From Azospirillum sp. 51_20 (lineage in GTDB: Bacteria; Pseudomonadota; Alphaproteobacteria; RF32; CAG-239): a stretch of 64,000 bases of DNA. The stretch spans positions 53,907 through 117,906 of the forward strand of contig MNTV01000018.1 of the NCBI GenBank assembly GCA_001917175.1, given 5' to 3'. The notes beneath the pieces are model-generated. The model did no database searches and was not told the DNA's origin. It saw nothing but the letters and a program-made list of their open reading frames with translations. This document shows, piece by piece, positions 9,832-19,404 of this stretch (positions are counted from its first letter, which is position 1; each line of letters starts with the position of its first letter). A program made the translations under genes and the position numbers.

Positions 9832-10335
9832 CTATTGCAAGCGCAGGCAGTCAAAAGTGGCGCGGCGGGCATAATTTTTGTAAAGGATTACGCCACGCAG
9901 CACCGCGGTACGGTTGCCGTGTTCCAGACAATAGCGGGAGGCAATCGGCGCCAGCTCGTCAACGCGCACGTCCTTGTATTCGTAGGTAACGTAATTTTCC
10001 GAACGGGCTTTGATGACGACGTTGTCGAGAAAACGGTCATAAGCCGAATCGTAAACCAGCTTTTCCACCGGCTGATCGGGGTTCATGACTTCGATTTTCT
10101 CTTTTTCTTCCGCCGCGGGAGCCGGCCGTTCGGCCGCCTTTTTTTCTTCCGCCGCCGAAGCCGCGGGATCATTGACGGGGATTGCGGTTACCGTCGTTTC
10201 GGCGGCTAAGACAGAGCTTTCCGCCGCGGCGTTGTTTTCGGCGTTCAGAGCTTCTTCGTCGTAATAAAACTCGTGATACCGGCACCCGGCAAGCAGCAAA
10301 ACCGCACCCAACATGGCATATGTAAACTTTTTCAT
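9832..10335 (-). CDS. Lipoprotein of unknown function
   Basis: MKKFTYAMLGAVLLLAGC lipobox. The ORF in the track extends further upstream, to 10392. Confidence 0.55.
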   Translation of the reverse strand: MKKFTYAMLGAVLLLAGCRYHEFYYDEEALNAENNAAAESSVLAAETTVTAIPVNDPAASAAEEKKAAERPAPAAEEKEKIEVMNPDQPVEKLVYDSAYDRFLDNVVIKARSENYVTYEYKDVRVDELAPIASRYCLEHGNRTAVLRGVILYKNYARRATFDCLRLQ

Positions 10336-10395
10336 TTTCTTCCCCATCTGGTTAAACCTTTTTTCAGACTTTAGCACCGCTTGGTTAAACAATGC

Positions 10396-10701
10396 TTAAT
10401 CCAAAAGGTTATACAAATCTTTTCCCGCCTGTTCCAAAATCTGCAAAACTTTCCGGTTGGTGGTGTTTTTGCTGCGGTTGTTGCTCAGCTTGTCGAGCAT
10501 TTTCTGCACTTTTTCGTTAAACCGGCGGTCTTCGCGCAGGCGTTCGATGTTGCGGATGTTTTCCTCGTCGTCAATCTTGTAGTTGACCACCGCGCGCAGC
10601 ACGGCAATATACTGGGCATCGCGGGTGGCGGCCATCTGGGCGTTTGCGGCACCGGCAAAACCAATCATCACTGCGGTTATCAAAAAGGCAAATTTTTTCA
10701 T
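10396..10701 (-). CDS. Small secreted protein of unknown function
   Basis: 101 aa with a signal peptide, MKKFAFLITAVMIGFAGAANA. Confidence 0.5.
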   Translation of the reverse strand: MKKFAFLITAVMIGFAGAANAQMAATRDAQYIAVLRAVVNYKIDDEENIRNIERLREDRRFNEKVQKMLDKLSNNRSKNTTNRKVLQILEQAGKDLYNLLD

Positions 10702-10801
10702 TGCGGCCTCCGGATCGGTTAAAAAAAGATTGTGTTAATCAACATAGATAATATAATGGGAAACGAATCGTTTTACCATAAAAATATTAGAGTTATCAAA
10801 C

Positions 10802-11779
10802 ATGAAAAAAACTATCTGGGCACTTATGGACGACCGGGCCGGCAGCGTCGGCCAGGCCAAGGGAATTTTCCCCGTCATCGAGGACGAATTTGAAATTATC
10901 GAAAAAAAGATCGTATATAACCGGCTGGCGGCTCTGCCGAACATGCTTCGCGGCAAAACCCTGATCGGCGTCAACCGCAAGGAAAGTTCGTCGCTCAAAA
11001 ACGAACCCTTCCCCGACGCCGTGCTGTCGATCAGCCGGCGGACCGCGCCGATTGCGCTGTGGCTGAAAAAGGCCTCCAAAGGCAAAACCAAGATTATCCA
11101 GCTGATGTTCCCGGGCAAATTCGGCTTAAAAGACATTGACCTGGTAATCATCCCCGAACACGACCGCGGCAAAGCGGAAGGCGACAACCTGTTCTACATC
11201 ACCGGCTGCGCCCACCGCGTTTCGGAAAAGGCGCTTGAAGAAGCCCGCGCCAAATGGGAAACCGAATTTGCCAAGCTGCCCAAACCGCTGACGGCGGTGC
11301 TGGTCGGCGGCGCGATCAAGAAAAAACCGTTTACCGCCGAAAACGCGGAAATGCTGGCCGACGCGATTTTGAACGTGCACAATCAGGTCAGCGGTTCGAT
11401 TCTGATCACTTCGTCGCGGCGCACCGGCAAAGAGGCGGAAGACATCATCATGAAGAAAATCGGCCATATCCCCGCTTACACTTATTTGTGGGGCGAGAAA
11501 AAAGACAACCCGATCATGGGCTTTTACGCCTGTGCCGACCGCATCATCGTTACCGGAGACTCCGTATCCATGGCCTGCGAAGCCTGCGGTTCGGGCAAGC
11601 CGGTACTGGTTTTCCGCGGCAAAAACTGGCTGACGCCGAAACATCAGCGCTTTGTTCAATCGCTTTACGAAGGCGGCTTTGCGGTCGACATCGACGGATA
11701 TGACACTGAGCAGACCGGCGCCATGAAACGGCTGGATCCGGCGCTTGAAATCGGCGAAAAAATAAAAGCCCTGTTTTGA
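10802..11779 (+). CDS. ELM1/DUF1022-family protein (putative glycosyltransferase-like)
   Basis: 325-aa ORF. The family call rests on recollection of the family and is not verified. Confidence 0.5.
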   Translation: MKKTIWALMDDRAGSVGQAKGIFPVIEDEFEIIEKKIVYNRLAALPNMLRGKTLIGVNRKESSSLKNEPFPDAVLSISRRTAPIALWLKKASKGKTKIIQLMFPGKFGLKDIDLVIIPEHDRGKAEGDNLFYITGCAHRVSEKALEEARAKWETEFAKLPKPLTAVLVGGAIKKKPFTAENAEMLADAILNVHNQVSGSILITSSRRTGKEAEDIIMKKIGHIPAYTYLWGEKKDNPIMGFYACADRIIVTGDSVSMACEACGSGKPVLVFRGKNWLTPKHQRFVQSLYEGGFAVDIDGYDTEQTGAMKRLDPALEIGEKIKALF

Positions 11780-11812
11780 CAAACACCGTTCCGAAAAAAA
11801 CGGAACAACGGC

Positions 11813-11846
11813 AAAAAAAATCCCCGGAAAATCCGGGGATTTTTCA
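11813..11846. terminator. Bidirectional rho-independent terminator between convergent genes
   Basis: CCCCGGAAAATCCGGGG hairpin flanked by A- and T-runs. Confidence 0.6.
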
Positions 11847-11863
11847 TATGCGGCGGACCGCCT

Positions 11864-12598
11864 TTAATACAGACTTTCCTTTTTGGTAACCACCACCTTT
11901 TGATACATGCGGCCGAAAAAGGTGGTTTTGCGCCAGAAAAACTCTGCCGGATTGCGGGCATAGTTTTTAATTTCGTTGTTCCACAGCTTTTCGGCAAAAG
12001 GCTGATAAAGGCGGTTGAAAAACTTGACGACATAGCGCAGCGGATGCCAGACCAGCGAATTGTTGTAGTCGACAAACACCGCCTTGCCGCCCGGCTTCAG
12101 GCAGTCGAGCGCGTTATTGACGATCCGCGCGCGGGTGGCCGACGGCACTTCGTGCAGCAGCATATAGCAGATGACGACGTCATATTTGCGCTTGGGCGGC
12201 TCGGAAGCGTCGCCGTTGACAAAGCGCATAAACGGATAAAGATAACAGTATTTGTTGCGCTGATGACGCAGCTGCACCATGCTGACGTCCAGCAGGTCAT
12301 AATGGCCGTAAATGCCGACTTTGGCCGCCGCCACCCCGATCTGGTCGCCGAAAGTCGCCCCCATTTGCAAAACGTCGGAAGAAACGGCAATTTCTCCGGC
12401 ACAGGACCGCAGCATTTTTGAACTGAAGCCAAACGTCAGCACATTGAGCAGACGCTGGTTGTCCAGCCAGCGGGTGAGGCGCGGGCTTTCATACAGCCAG
12501 CTGTAGAATTCCCGCTGATAGAGCGGAATCTTGGCCTTGTCCGCCGCCCGCCGGGCGGGGGGAATTTTACTCGCCTTTCTTCTCATTTTCTTCTCCAT
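11864..12598 (-). CDS. Class I SAM-dependent methyltransferase
   Basis: 244 aa with a methyltransferase-fold glycine motif (LDCLKPGGKAVF). Its 5' end overlaps the 3' end of rsmE. Confidence 0.6.
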   Translation of the reverse strand: MEKKMRRKASKIPPARRAADKAKIPLYQREFYSWLYESPRLTRWLDNQRLLNVLTFGFSSKMLRSCAGEIAVSSDVLQMGATFGDQIGVAAAKVGIYGHYDLLDVSMVQLRHQRNKYCYLYPFMRFVNGDASEPPKRKYDVVICYMLLHEVPSATRARIVNNALDCLKPGGKAVFVDYNNSLVWHPLRYVVKFFNRLYQPFAEKLWNNEIKNYARNPAEFFWRKTTFFGRMYQKVVVTKKESLY

Positions 12599-13325
12599 TC
12601 CACAAACCGCTTATCGCCTGCCAAACGCTCAAAGCCGCGGCAGCCGCCGTTTCCGCCCGCAGAATCAGCGGTCCGAGACTGACCGCGCGGGCAAAAGGAC
12701 GCGACCGCAGTCCGTTTAGTTCCTCTTCGGCAAATCCGCCTTCCGGACCGACCAGCAGCGCCGCCGGTCCCTGATATTCCCCGAACGCTTCCGCAGCGGG
12801 ACGGCCGCGGCCGCTTTCGTCCATAAAGAACAGCCGCCGGGCGGAATCCCAGTCGGCAAGCAGCTTTTCCAAACGCACCGGCGCGCCGATCTCCGGCACT
12901 TCCACCCGCCGCGACTGTTCGGCCGCTTCCGCCGCCTGCGCCCGCAAACGTTCAACGCGCACCTTGTCGGTAATCGTATGCCGGGTAATCACCGGAATGA
13001 TTTTTCCGGCGCCGAGTTCGGTCGCTTTTTCTATGATGAAATCGGTGCGATCCTTTTTGACCGGAGCAAACAACAGCCACACGTCAGCCGCCGGCGCAAA
13101 CGGACGGGTCCGCGCACGAACGGCCGCAGCCCCCGTTTTTTTGCCGAGGCTGACGATTTCCGCGGAAAACTCGCCGTTTATGCCGTCAAACAGCAGCACC
13201 GCATCGCCGGGCGCAAGCCGCATCACGGCACCGAGATAACGGCTTTGTTCCTCATTAAACGAAATTTCTCCGCCGACGGCAAGCGGCGTATCGACATACA
13301 GGCGGATTGCGGTGTTTCTGGACAA
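12567..13325 (-). CDS. rsmE: 16S rRNA (uracil1498-N3)-methyltransferase RsmE
   Basis: 252-aa ORF in the expected size and position. The family call is from recollection and is not verified. Confidence 0.75.
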   Translation of the reverse strand: MSRNTAIRLYVDTPLAVGGEISFNEEQSRYLGAVMRLAPGDAVLLFDGINGEFSAEIVSLGKKTGAAAVRARTRPFAPAADVWLLFAPVKKDRTDFIIEKATELGAGKIIPVITRHTITDKVRVERLRAQAAEAAEQSRRVEVPEIGAPVRLEKLLADWDSARRLFFMDESGRGRPAAEAFGEYQGPAALLVGPEGGFAEEELNGLRSRPFARAVSLGPLILRAETAAAAALSVWQAISGLWNGEENEKKGE

Positions 13326-13438
13326 TTTATTTACCCCAAACGAAAATAAATTCTGAATAACCTCCCGCGGAGGCTTGAGTTTATCATATGATCGGAATAT
13401 ACAATGACGTTAGTTAAGTTTTCGTTACAGGCAGAAAC

Positions 13439-14125
13439 ATGATTATCACTATTGACGGGCCTGCCGCCGCAGGCAAAGGAACCCTCGCCGCCGCTCTGGC
13501 GAAACGCTATCGGCTTGCTTATTTCGACACCGGCATGGTCTACCGCGCGGTGGGGCTGGAAATGGTGCTGGAAGGGCTTGACGTCCAAAACGAGGAGCAG
13601 GCAGCGCAGACGGCATCGAAACTGACGTTTGTCAAGATGATGGAGCTTTCCGGCCACCGGGATTTTCGCAGCGATGTCGGCAGCCGCGCGGCCTCAATCG
13701 TTTCCGCCCATCCGAAAGTGCGCGGCGCGCTTCTTAAAATGCAGCAGGATTTTGCCTTGAACCCGACCTTTGCCGACGGCAGTCCGGCCGAGGGTGTGGT
13801 TTACGACGGCCGCGACACCGGCACCGTCGTATGTCCGCAGGCAGACGTCAAACTGTTTGTTACCGCCTGTCCGGAAGTACGCGCCCGGCGCCGTTACGAC
13901 GAATTCGTGCAAAAAGGAATCGAGACCGAATACGAAAAAGTCTTAGCCGACATGATTGCCCGCGACAAACGCGATTCCGAACGCACTGCCGCCCCTTTGA
14001 AGCCGGCGGAAGACGCGGTGATTTTCGACACTTCGGAAATGAACGCGGCGGAAGTGGCGGCCAAAGTCACGGCTCTGATTGAAGAAAAAAGTCAAAAAAG
14101 TGACTTTGAGCGGCAAAAAAAGTGA
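13439..14125 (+). CDS. cmk: Cytidylate kinase
   Basis: Begins MIITIDGPAAAGKGT (P-loop). It sits in the conserved cmk-rpsA arrangement. Confidence 0.9.
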   Translation: MIITIDGPAAAGKGTLAAALAKRYRLAYFDTGMVYRAVGLEMVLEGLDVQNEEQAAQTASKLTFVKMMELSGHRDFRSDVGSRAASIVSAHPKVRGALLKMQQDFALNPTFADGSPAEGVVYDGRDTGTVVCPQADVKLFVTACPEVRARRRYDEFVQKGIETEYEKVLADMIARDKRDSERTAAPLKPAEDAVIFDTSEMNAAEVAAKVTALIEEKSQKSDFERQKK

Positions 14126-14303
14126 CTTTTCGTGTCAAATTTGACGCCGATAATTCAGATTGCGCTTGAAAAATAACAATTTACGTGTATAAATGAGCTG
14201 ATTTGACGCGCAGGGTACGCTGCGCTCAATTTTTTAACGACGTACAAGTCCGCCCGCTTTTGCAAAATGCGGGAATGGCATTTTGAATTGTTTTTACTTT
14301 ATG

Positions 14304-15983
14304 AATACAGCAGAAGTTCAAATCCCCGAAACCGACGAAGTTTTTGCCGACCTGCTCAACGAACAGTTCGGTGACAACGGCCTGATCGGTTCGGTCGTAA
14401 AAGGAACCATCATTAAAATCAACCCCGATTTCGTTACCGTTGATGTCGGCCTGAAATCCGAAGGCCGCATCCCGGTTCGCGAATTCGGCCAGAATCCGGA
14501 ACTCAAAGTCGGCGACACGGTCGAAGTTTATGTTGACCGTTACGAAGACCGCGAAGGCAACATCGTTCTTTCGCGCGAAAAAGCCCGCCGCGAAGAAGTA
14601 TGGCAGGATCTGGAAAAAGCCATGAACGCCAACGAAAGAATCAACGGCGTTATCTTCGGCCGCGTTAAAGGCGGCTTCACCGTTGACTTAAACGGCGCCA
14701 TCGCCTTCCTGCCGGGTTCTCAGATCGACATCCGTCCGATCCGCGACATCACCCCGCTGATGGGCATTTCCCAGCCCTTCCAGATTTTGAAAATGGACAA
14801 GGTCAGAGGCAACATCGTTGTTTCCCGCCGCGTCGTTCTGGAAGAAACCAGAGCCGAATCGAGAGCCGAACTGATCGACGCGATCAAAGAAGGCTCGGTT
14901 CTTGACGGCGTGGTCAAAAACATCACCGACTACGGCGCGTTCATTGATCTCGGCGGCGTTGACGGTCTGTTGCACGTTACCGACATTTCCTGGAAGCGCA
15001 TCAACCACCCGGCCGAAGTTCTGTCTGTCGGACAGACGGTTAAGGTTCAGGTTATCAAATTCAACGAAGACAACCAGCGCATCAGCCTCGGCATGAAACA
15101 GCTCGAGAGCGATCCGTGGCAGAACGTTGAAGAAAGATTCAAAGTCGGCGACGTTTACAAAGGCAAAGTTACCAACATTACCGATTACGGCGCGTTCGTC
15201 GAACTCGAAGACGGCATTGAAGGTCTGGTTCACGTTTCCGAAATGAGCTGGACCCGCAAGAACGTTCACCCCGGCAAGATCGTTTCGACCTCGCAGGAAG
15301 TTGAAGTCAAAGTTCTTGAAGTTGATCCGGAAAAGAGAAGAATCAGCCTCGGCATCAAACAGTGCACGCCGAACCCCTGGGCCGCTTATGTTGAAGAGCA
15401 CCCGGTCGGATCCGTCATTGAAGGCAAGATCAAAAACATTACCGAATTCGGTTTGTTTGTCGGCCTGAACGACGAAATCGACGGCATGATCCACCTGTCC
15501 GACATTGCCTGGGACAAATCCGGCGAAGAAGCGGTCAAAGACTATGCCAAGGGCCAGGAAATCCAGGCTAAGATCATTGACGTCGACGTTGAAAAAGAAC
15601 GCATCAGCCTCGGCATCAAACAGCTGACCGAAGACGAGAACGCCACCGCTCTCGACGGCTTCAAGAAAGGCGACACGGTCAAAGCGACCATCACCGCCAT
15701 CGACGACAAAGGCGTTGACGTCGAAGTCAACGGCGTTGCCGCCAACATCAAGAAAGCCGACATGTCGAAAGATAAAGCCGGACAGGATCTGAGCCAGTAT
15801 AACGTCGGCGACGAGCTGGAAGCCAAAGTCGTCAGCGTTGACAAGAAGAAAGGCAGACTCGGCCTGTCGGTCAAAGCTTTGGAAATCGAGGAAGAGAAAA
15901 AGGCGCTGGAAGAATACTCCAACACCGCTTCCACCGGTTCCGCTCTCGGCGACGCCCTCGGCGAAGCCCTGAAAAAGAAATAA
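14304..15983 (+). CDS. rpsA: 30S ribosomal protein S1
   Basis: Six S1 domains. The track start at 14283 is probably an N-terminal overcall, and MNTAEV at 14304 is the more plausible start. A terminator lies at 16006-16039. Confidence 0.9.
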   Translation, partial: NTAEVQIPETDEVFADLLNEQFGDNGLIGSVVKGTIIKINPDFVTVDVGLKSEGRIPVREFGQNPELKVGDTVEVYVDRYEDREGNIVLSREKARREEVWQDLEKAMNANERINGVIFGRVKGGFTVDLNGAIAFLPGSQIDIRPIRDITPLMGISQPFQILKMDKVRGNIVVSRRVVLEETRAESRAELIDAIKEGSVLDGVVKNITDYGAFIDLGGVDGLLHVTDISWKRINHPAEVLSVGQTVKVQVIKFNEDNQRISLGMKQLESDPWQNVEERFKVGDVYKGKVTNITDYGAFVELEDGIEGLVHVSEMSWTRKNVHPGKIVSTSQEVEVKVLEVDPEKRRISLGIKQCTPNPWAAYVEEHPVGSVIEGKIKNITEFGLFVGLNDEIDGMIHLSDIAWDKSGEEAVKDYAKGQEIQAKIIDVDVEKERISLGIKQLTEDENATALDGFKKGDTVKATITAIDDKGVDVEVNGVAANIKKADMSKDKAGQDLSQYNVGDELEAKVVSVDKKKGRLGLSVKALEIEEEKKALEEYSNTASTGSALGDALGEALKKK

Positions 15984-16153
15984 GCCGCAACCGGTTTGTT
16001 TGCAAGGAACCGCCCGTCATCGGGCGGTTCTTTTTTTTAACGTCGGCAGACGCAGGCGGCGGGAACGACCGAAAAAAAACGACAGCCGCATTTTTTGCTT
16101 GGAAAAAACCGGCAAACAGAGTATAATATAAGGACATCAGACAGGAGTAAGGC

Positions 16154-17215
16154 ATGAAACTGAACGTATCCGAATACCGTTGGATTCTGCTGAACTGTAA
16201 TATTATGGCAGGCCTGTACAAAGGAAAACAATATGCGGTGATCGAACCGAAGTTTCCCAAATATCAGGCCAAACTCGACCGCCTGCTCGGCAGCATCACC
16301 TTTCCTTCCATCGAAGAATGGAACAGACTTTCCCGCGAACTCAAACCCAAACTGAAAGAAACCGGAAAGCTCCGGCACGAACAGACCGTCCGCAAGCTGG
16401 CAGGCATGTCCAACAGCCGGCTCGCCACCCTTAACAACAAGCAGAGAATCGAACTGCTCGACGGCCTGCTGCAAGATGTTATCGGCCGGGATCTTGAAAC
16501 TTTTGAGCAAAATCGGCAAACCGTTTCCGCCTACGGCGATCAGCTCAAAATACTGCTGTTCGGGATCAGGCTGCCGGAAGAGTTTCTCCGGCAGGAACAG
16601 GCGCGCTGCGAACAGTTCTGCCACCGCCTGCAAAGCGTGCCGCGGCTGAAAGAAGACCTTGAAAACTGGTTTGAACTGGAATTCCGGCTACAACGCGCAT
16701 TGGCCGAAAACATCATAAAAGCCTTCAACGACACTTATCAGACCCAAATCGGGCTGCGGTTTTTCGGAGAAAGCGAATGGTATCGGGCACAGGCGGAAAA
16801 AAACGCCGCGCCGGTCGGCAAAACCGCGCCGGCCGCCTATGCCGAAGGCTGCACGGTTTTCATCAACAAAGAAAAAATTGCCGCCTGCAACAACCTTTTC
16901 GTTCCCGCACTGATTTTTCACGAAGCACTGCGTGTTGCCCGGCAGCAGGAAGACTGGTCGCATTTTCCGCTGATCGACAAACTGTTTGAAAACAAATTCG
17001 CTTATCTTGCCCTGGAGGGAAACGACCTTTACGGCATGAACCCCGTGGAACATCACGCCTACCGGATGGACGAGGCCGTCGCAGGCTTCCTGCTTGACAA
17101 AATGCAAATCAAATTTATCGAAAACGATTGTCCGCCGGCAGACGCCTTTCCCCGTTTCGCGGGCAAAAACATTTTTTCCCGCAGCGAAAAAACGGCAGAT
17201 ATCGACAAACAGTGA
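16154..17215 (+). CDS. Hypothetical protein
   Basis: 353-aa ORF with consistent codon usage. The antisense ORF at 16037-16633 is rejected. Confidence 0.5.
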   Translation: MKLNVSEYRWILLNCNIMAGLYKGKQYAVIEPKFPKYQAKLDRLLGSITFPSIEEWNRLSRELKPKLKETGKLRHEQTVRKLAGMSNSRLATLNNKQRIELLDGLLQDVIGRDLETFEQNRQTVSAYGDQLKILLFGIRLPEEFLRQEQARCEQFCHRLQSVPRLKEDLENWFELEFRLQRALAENIIKAFNDTYQTQIGLRFFGESEWYRAQAEKNAAPVGKTAPAAYAEGCTVFINKEKIAACNNLFVPALIFHEALRVARQQEDWSHFPLIDKLFENKFAYLALEGNDLYGMNPVEHHAYRMDEAVAGFLLDKMQIKFIENDCPPADAFPRFAGKNIFSRSEKTADIDKQ

Positions 17216-17267
17216 AAAAGGCTTTTAATAAAAGAAAAACGCACTATTTTGACAAGGAGCACTTTGT

Positions 17268-17861
17268 ATGAAAAAAACAATTTTGGGAGTATTTACGGCG
17301 ATGGCAATCATTAACAACGTTTCGGCCGCGGAACAAAAACTGCCCGACCCGAACCGGGAAGGCGGCATGCCGCTGATGCAGGCCTTAAACGAAAGACATT
17401 CGGTCAAACAGTTCGGCGACAAGGCAATTGATGACCAAACCTTAAGCGACCTTTTGTGGGCAGCCTACGGCGTCAACCGCAGCGGCGGCCTGCGTACCAT
17501 TCCGACGGCCATGAACCAGAAAGACCTTGAAATATACGTCGCCAAAGCCGACGGAATCTGGCAGTATAACGCCATCAGCCACACGCTCAAACAAATCGGC
17601 ACCGACAACATTCTGCCGCTGTTTCAAACTCAGGACTACATGAAAAACGTGCCGTTGGTATTGATATATACCGGCAGCAAAGACGAAGACTATCCGGCCA
17701 TGCATGCGGGATCGGCCTATCAGAACGTCGGCCTTTACGCCGCGTCCAGAGGGCTCGGCGCCGTCGTCCGCGGCTATTTTGACAAAGAAGCGGTTGCCAA
17801 AGCGCTGAACCTGCCGAACTCGGAAGCGGTCATTATCAGCCAGGCCATCGGTTGGGAGTAG
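17268..17861 (+). CDS. Secreted nitroreductase-family (SagB/ThcOx-like) protein
   Basis: Signal peptide MKKTILGVFTAMAIINNVSAA, followed by a nitroreductase-fold region. Confidence 0.6.
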   Translation: MKKTILGVFTAMAIINNVSAAEQKLPDPNREGGMPLMQALNERHSVKQFGDKAIDDQTLSDLLWAAYGVNRSGGLRTIPTAMNQKDLEIYVAKADGIWQYNAISHTLKQIGTDNILPLFQTQDYMKNVPLVLIYTGSKDEDYPAMHAGSAYQNVGLYAASRGLGAVVRGYFDKEAVAKALNLPNSEAVIISQAIGWE

Positions 17862-17964
17862 GAATGCCGAATCGCCGCATGCCGCCGGGTTAATGCGGCG
17901 CGGCCGGCGGCGAACATTTTTCTCAACACTGAAAAATCTCTCCTTCCGGAGGGATTTTTACTTT

Positions 17965-18063
17965 CGCGTTTTTATTTTTATACCTTGCCGTCGCTGCAGC
18001 CGCTTCGCTTTCGTTATACCATTTTAATACCGGCAGAACCGTCCGACGCGGTTTGCCGACCGG
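17965..18063. repeat. Left copy of a ~100-bp inverted repeat. Its partner is at 31128-31222.
   Basis: The reverse complement of 31128-31222 aligns with 17965-18063 at about 85-90% identity. The shared core is TTTTATTTTTATACCTTGCCG.CGCTGCAGCCGCTTCGCTTT.GTTATACCATTTTAATACCGGCAG. Confidence 0.7.
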
Positions 18064-18271
18064 CATCTTTTCTTCTTTTCGGGAACGTATTTTTTATCCA
18101 TAATTTTTTCCTTGTTAAACCAAAACAGAAAAAATCCCCTGTCGGGGCTAAAGAAAACAAAGCCGGAAATTGACAGACAAATAAGCAAAGCACAACGCAA
18201 ATATCTTTGAATGACAATAATAGCATGCAAATTCAACTTATTATACAAATTATGCCGTTTTTTTGAAATTT

Positions 18272-18301
18272 TTGTTGCAAAACTCAAGACAATGCTATAA
18301 T
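18272..18301 (+). promoter_or_regulatory. Sigma70-type promoter for tRNA-Ser
   Basis: TTGTTG/TTGCAA -35 elements and a TATAAT -10 ending about 16 nt before the tRNA 5' end. Confidence 0.5.
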
Positions 18302-18317
18302 CTGCCAACAGTTTTAC

Positions 18318-18408
18318 GGACAGGTGGCCGAGTGGTCGAAGGCGCACGATTGGAAATCGTGTGTACCCCTAAAGGGTACCAAGGGTTCGAATCCCTTTCT
18401 GTCCGCCA
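18318..18408 (+). tRNA. tRNA-Ser, anticodon GGA
   Basis: A manual fold gives a 7-bp acceptor stem (GGACAGG/TCTGTCC with one G-U pair) and an anticodon stem CACGA/TCGTG with loop TTGGAAA. There is a long variable arm of class II type, a GGTTCGAATCC T-loop, and an encoded CCA. Confidence 0.9.
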
Positions 18409-18416
18409 TTTTAATT

Positions 18417-18446
18417 AAAAAGACGCTCGTTTGCAGCGTCTTTTTT
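18417..18446 (+). terminator. Rho-independent terminator of the tRNA
   Basis: AAAAAGACGCT...AGCGTCTTTTTT hairpin. Confidence 0.65.
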
Positions 18447-18479
18447 CGTATCCGGCGGAAACACGGGCTTTGCGGGCAG

Positions 18480-18509
18480 TTGACATCGCCGAAATGACTA
18501 TGGTAAGCT
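18480..18509 (+). promoter_or_regulatory. Promoter-like element inside the direct repeat (TTGACA -35 and TAAGCT -10), reading into the island
   Basis: Perfect -35 hexamer, 18-bp spacer, and TAnnnT -10. It is conserved in the right-hand copy as TTGACT. Confidence 0.45.
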
Positions 18510-18591
18510 TGTTTTATGTTAAAAAATGCAAAAATTATGGCCCTTACATACAATGCCGATTTTTGTAAAGTCACTTCAGCGAGAAGAAACA

Positions 18592-19404
18592 ATGAGTGAG
18601 CTATCTTTTTCAGATAAAACAATTTTAGAAAATGCTTTGAATATGCATAATGGATATGTGTTAAATTTTACAGATCGTACTTTTTCAGATTTTTTTGCTA
18701 CGTTGGGAATAGATATTAATGCTGAAAAATACATGGCCAATGGAACATCTAAAGCTAATCGTCTTAGAACTTTTTGGAATATAGAAGATAATTTTGTAGT
18801 AGGGAAAGCAATTATAGAGTTAGCTAATATGATGAAGGCAGAAAATTTGTCTCAAACAACTGGTGTTAAAGCAGCGTGGATGACAGCTGGTGCTAAAAAT
18901 TTTTTTGAACAACAGCGAATATTAATTGAGCAAGTAGAAAAGATTGGATCAAAACTGGTAGATAATAAAGTTGTATCTCAAACAAAACCCAAGATAAATA
19001 CTTTTCAATATTGTAATGAACTTAATATCAGGATCAGAGAAGAAATTTACAGTCATATAAAACGTTATTTGGATAATGAAGATTATTTTCATGCTATAGA
19101 AGAGGCTTATAAAGTCGTAAGACATAAATTAAAAGAAATTACAGCAAAAGAAAAAGCCTCAGATGTTTTTAATCCAAATGCAGAAAATACCAAGTATCAT
19201 GAAAAATTATTTGGTGAAAATGCAGCTGTCGGCAGTCCTAAATATGATTTTTTTCGTGGTGTTGGTTATTTGCATTTGGCAGTTCAATTCCTACGAAATG
19301 AAAAAGCCCATATGCTAGCTCATGATTTAGATAAAAATTTGGCTCTTCATTATTTATCTTTGGCTAGCTTATCTTATGATTTAATTTCTAGAAATAACGT
19401 TTAA
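18592..19404 (+). CDS. Hypothetical protein. Its C-terminal region loosely resembles the Abi_C/TIGR02391 abortive-infection-associated domain. This is a tentative call.
   Basis: 271 aa, AT-rich. The C-terminus has FLRNEKAHML..HDLDKNLALHYLSL. It is the first gene inside the island, directly downstream of the repeat-borne promoter. Confidence 0.5.
   Translation: MSELSFSDKTILENALNMHNGYVLNFTDRTFSDFFATLGIDINAEKYMANGTSKANRLRTFWNIEDNFVVGKAIIELANMMKAENLSQTTGVKAAWMTAGAKNFFEQQRILIEQVEKIGSKLVDNKVVSQTKPKINTFQYCNELNIRIREEIYSHIKRYLDNEDYFHAIEEAYKVVRHKLKEITAKEKASDVFNPNAENTKYHEKLFGENAAVGSPKYDFFRGVGYLHLAVQFLRNEKAHMLAHDLDKNLALHYLSLASLSYDLISRNNV

Larger units (their letters stand above)
18403..18560. repeat. 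Left copy of an imperfect ~150-bp direct repeat. It starts at the tRNA 3' end (CCGCCA). Its partner is at 30973-31122.
   Basis: The two copies align in direct orientation at about 85% identity. Both contain the terminator hairpin and an outward-facing TTGACA(18 bp)TAAGCT promoter-like element. Confidence 0.75.

Noticed and set aside
16037-16633. 198-aa minus-strand ORF overlapping the start of the 353-aa plus-strand hypothetical protein
   Set aside because: The plus-strand ORF is longer and has a ribosome-binding site and a plausible start after the rpsA terminator. The minus ORF starts within the rpsA terminator region and has biased composition.
18526-18591. N-terminal extension of the first island ORF (MQKLWPLHTMPIFVKSLQREET...) given in the ORF track
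   Set aside because: The extension lies within the direct repeat and promoter region. The ATG at 18592 (MSELSF...) follows the promoter-like element and is the more plausible start.
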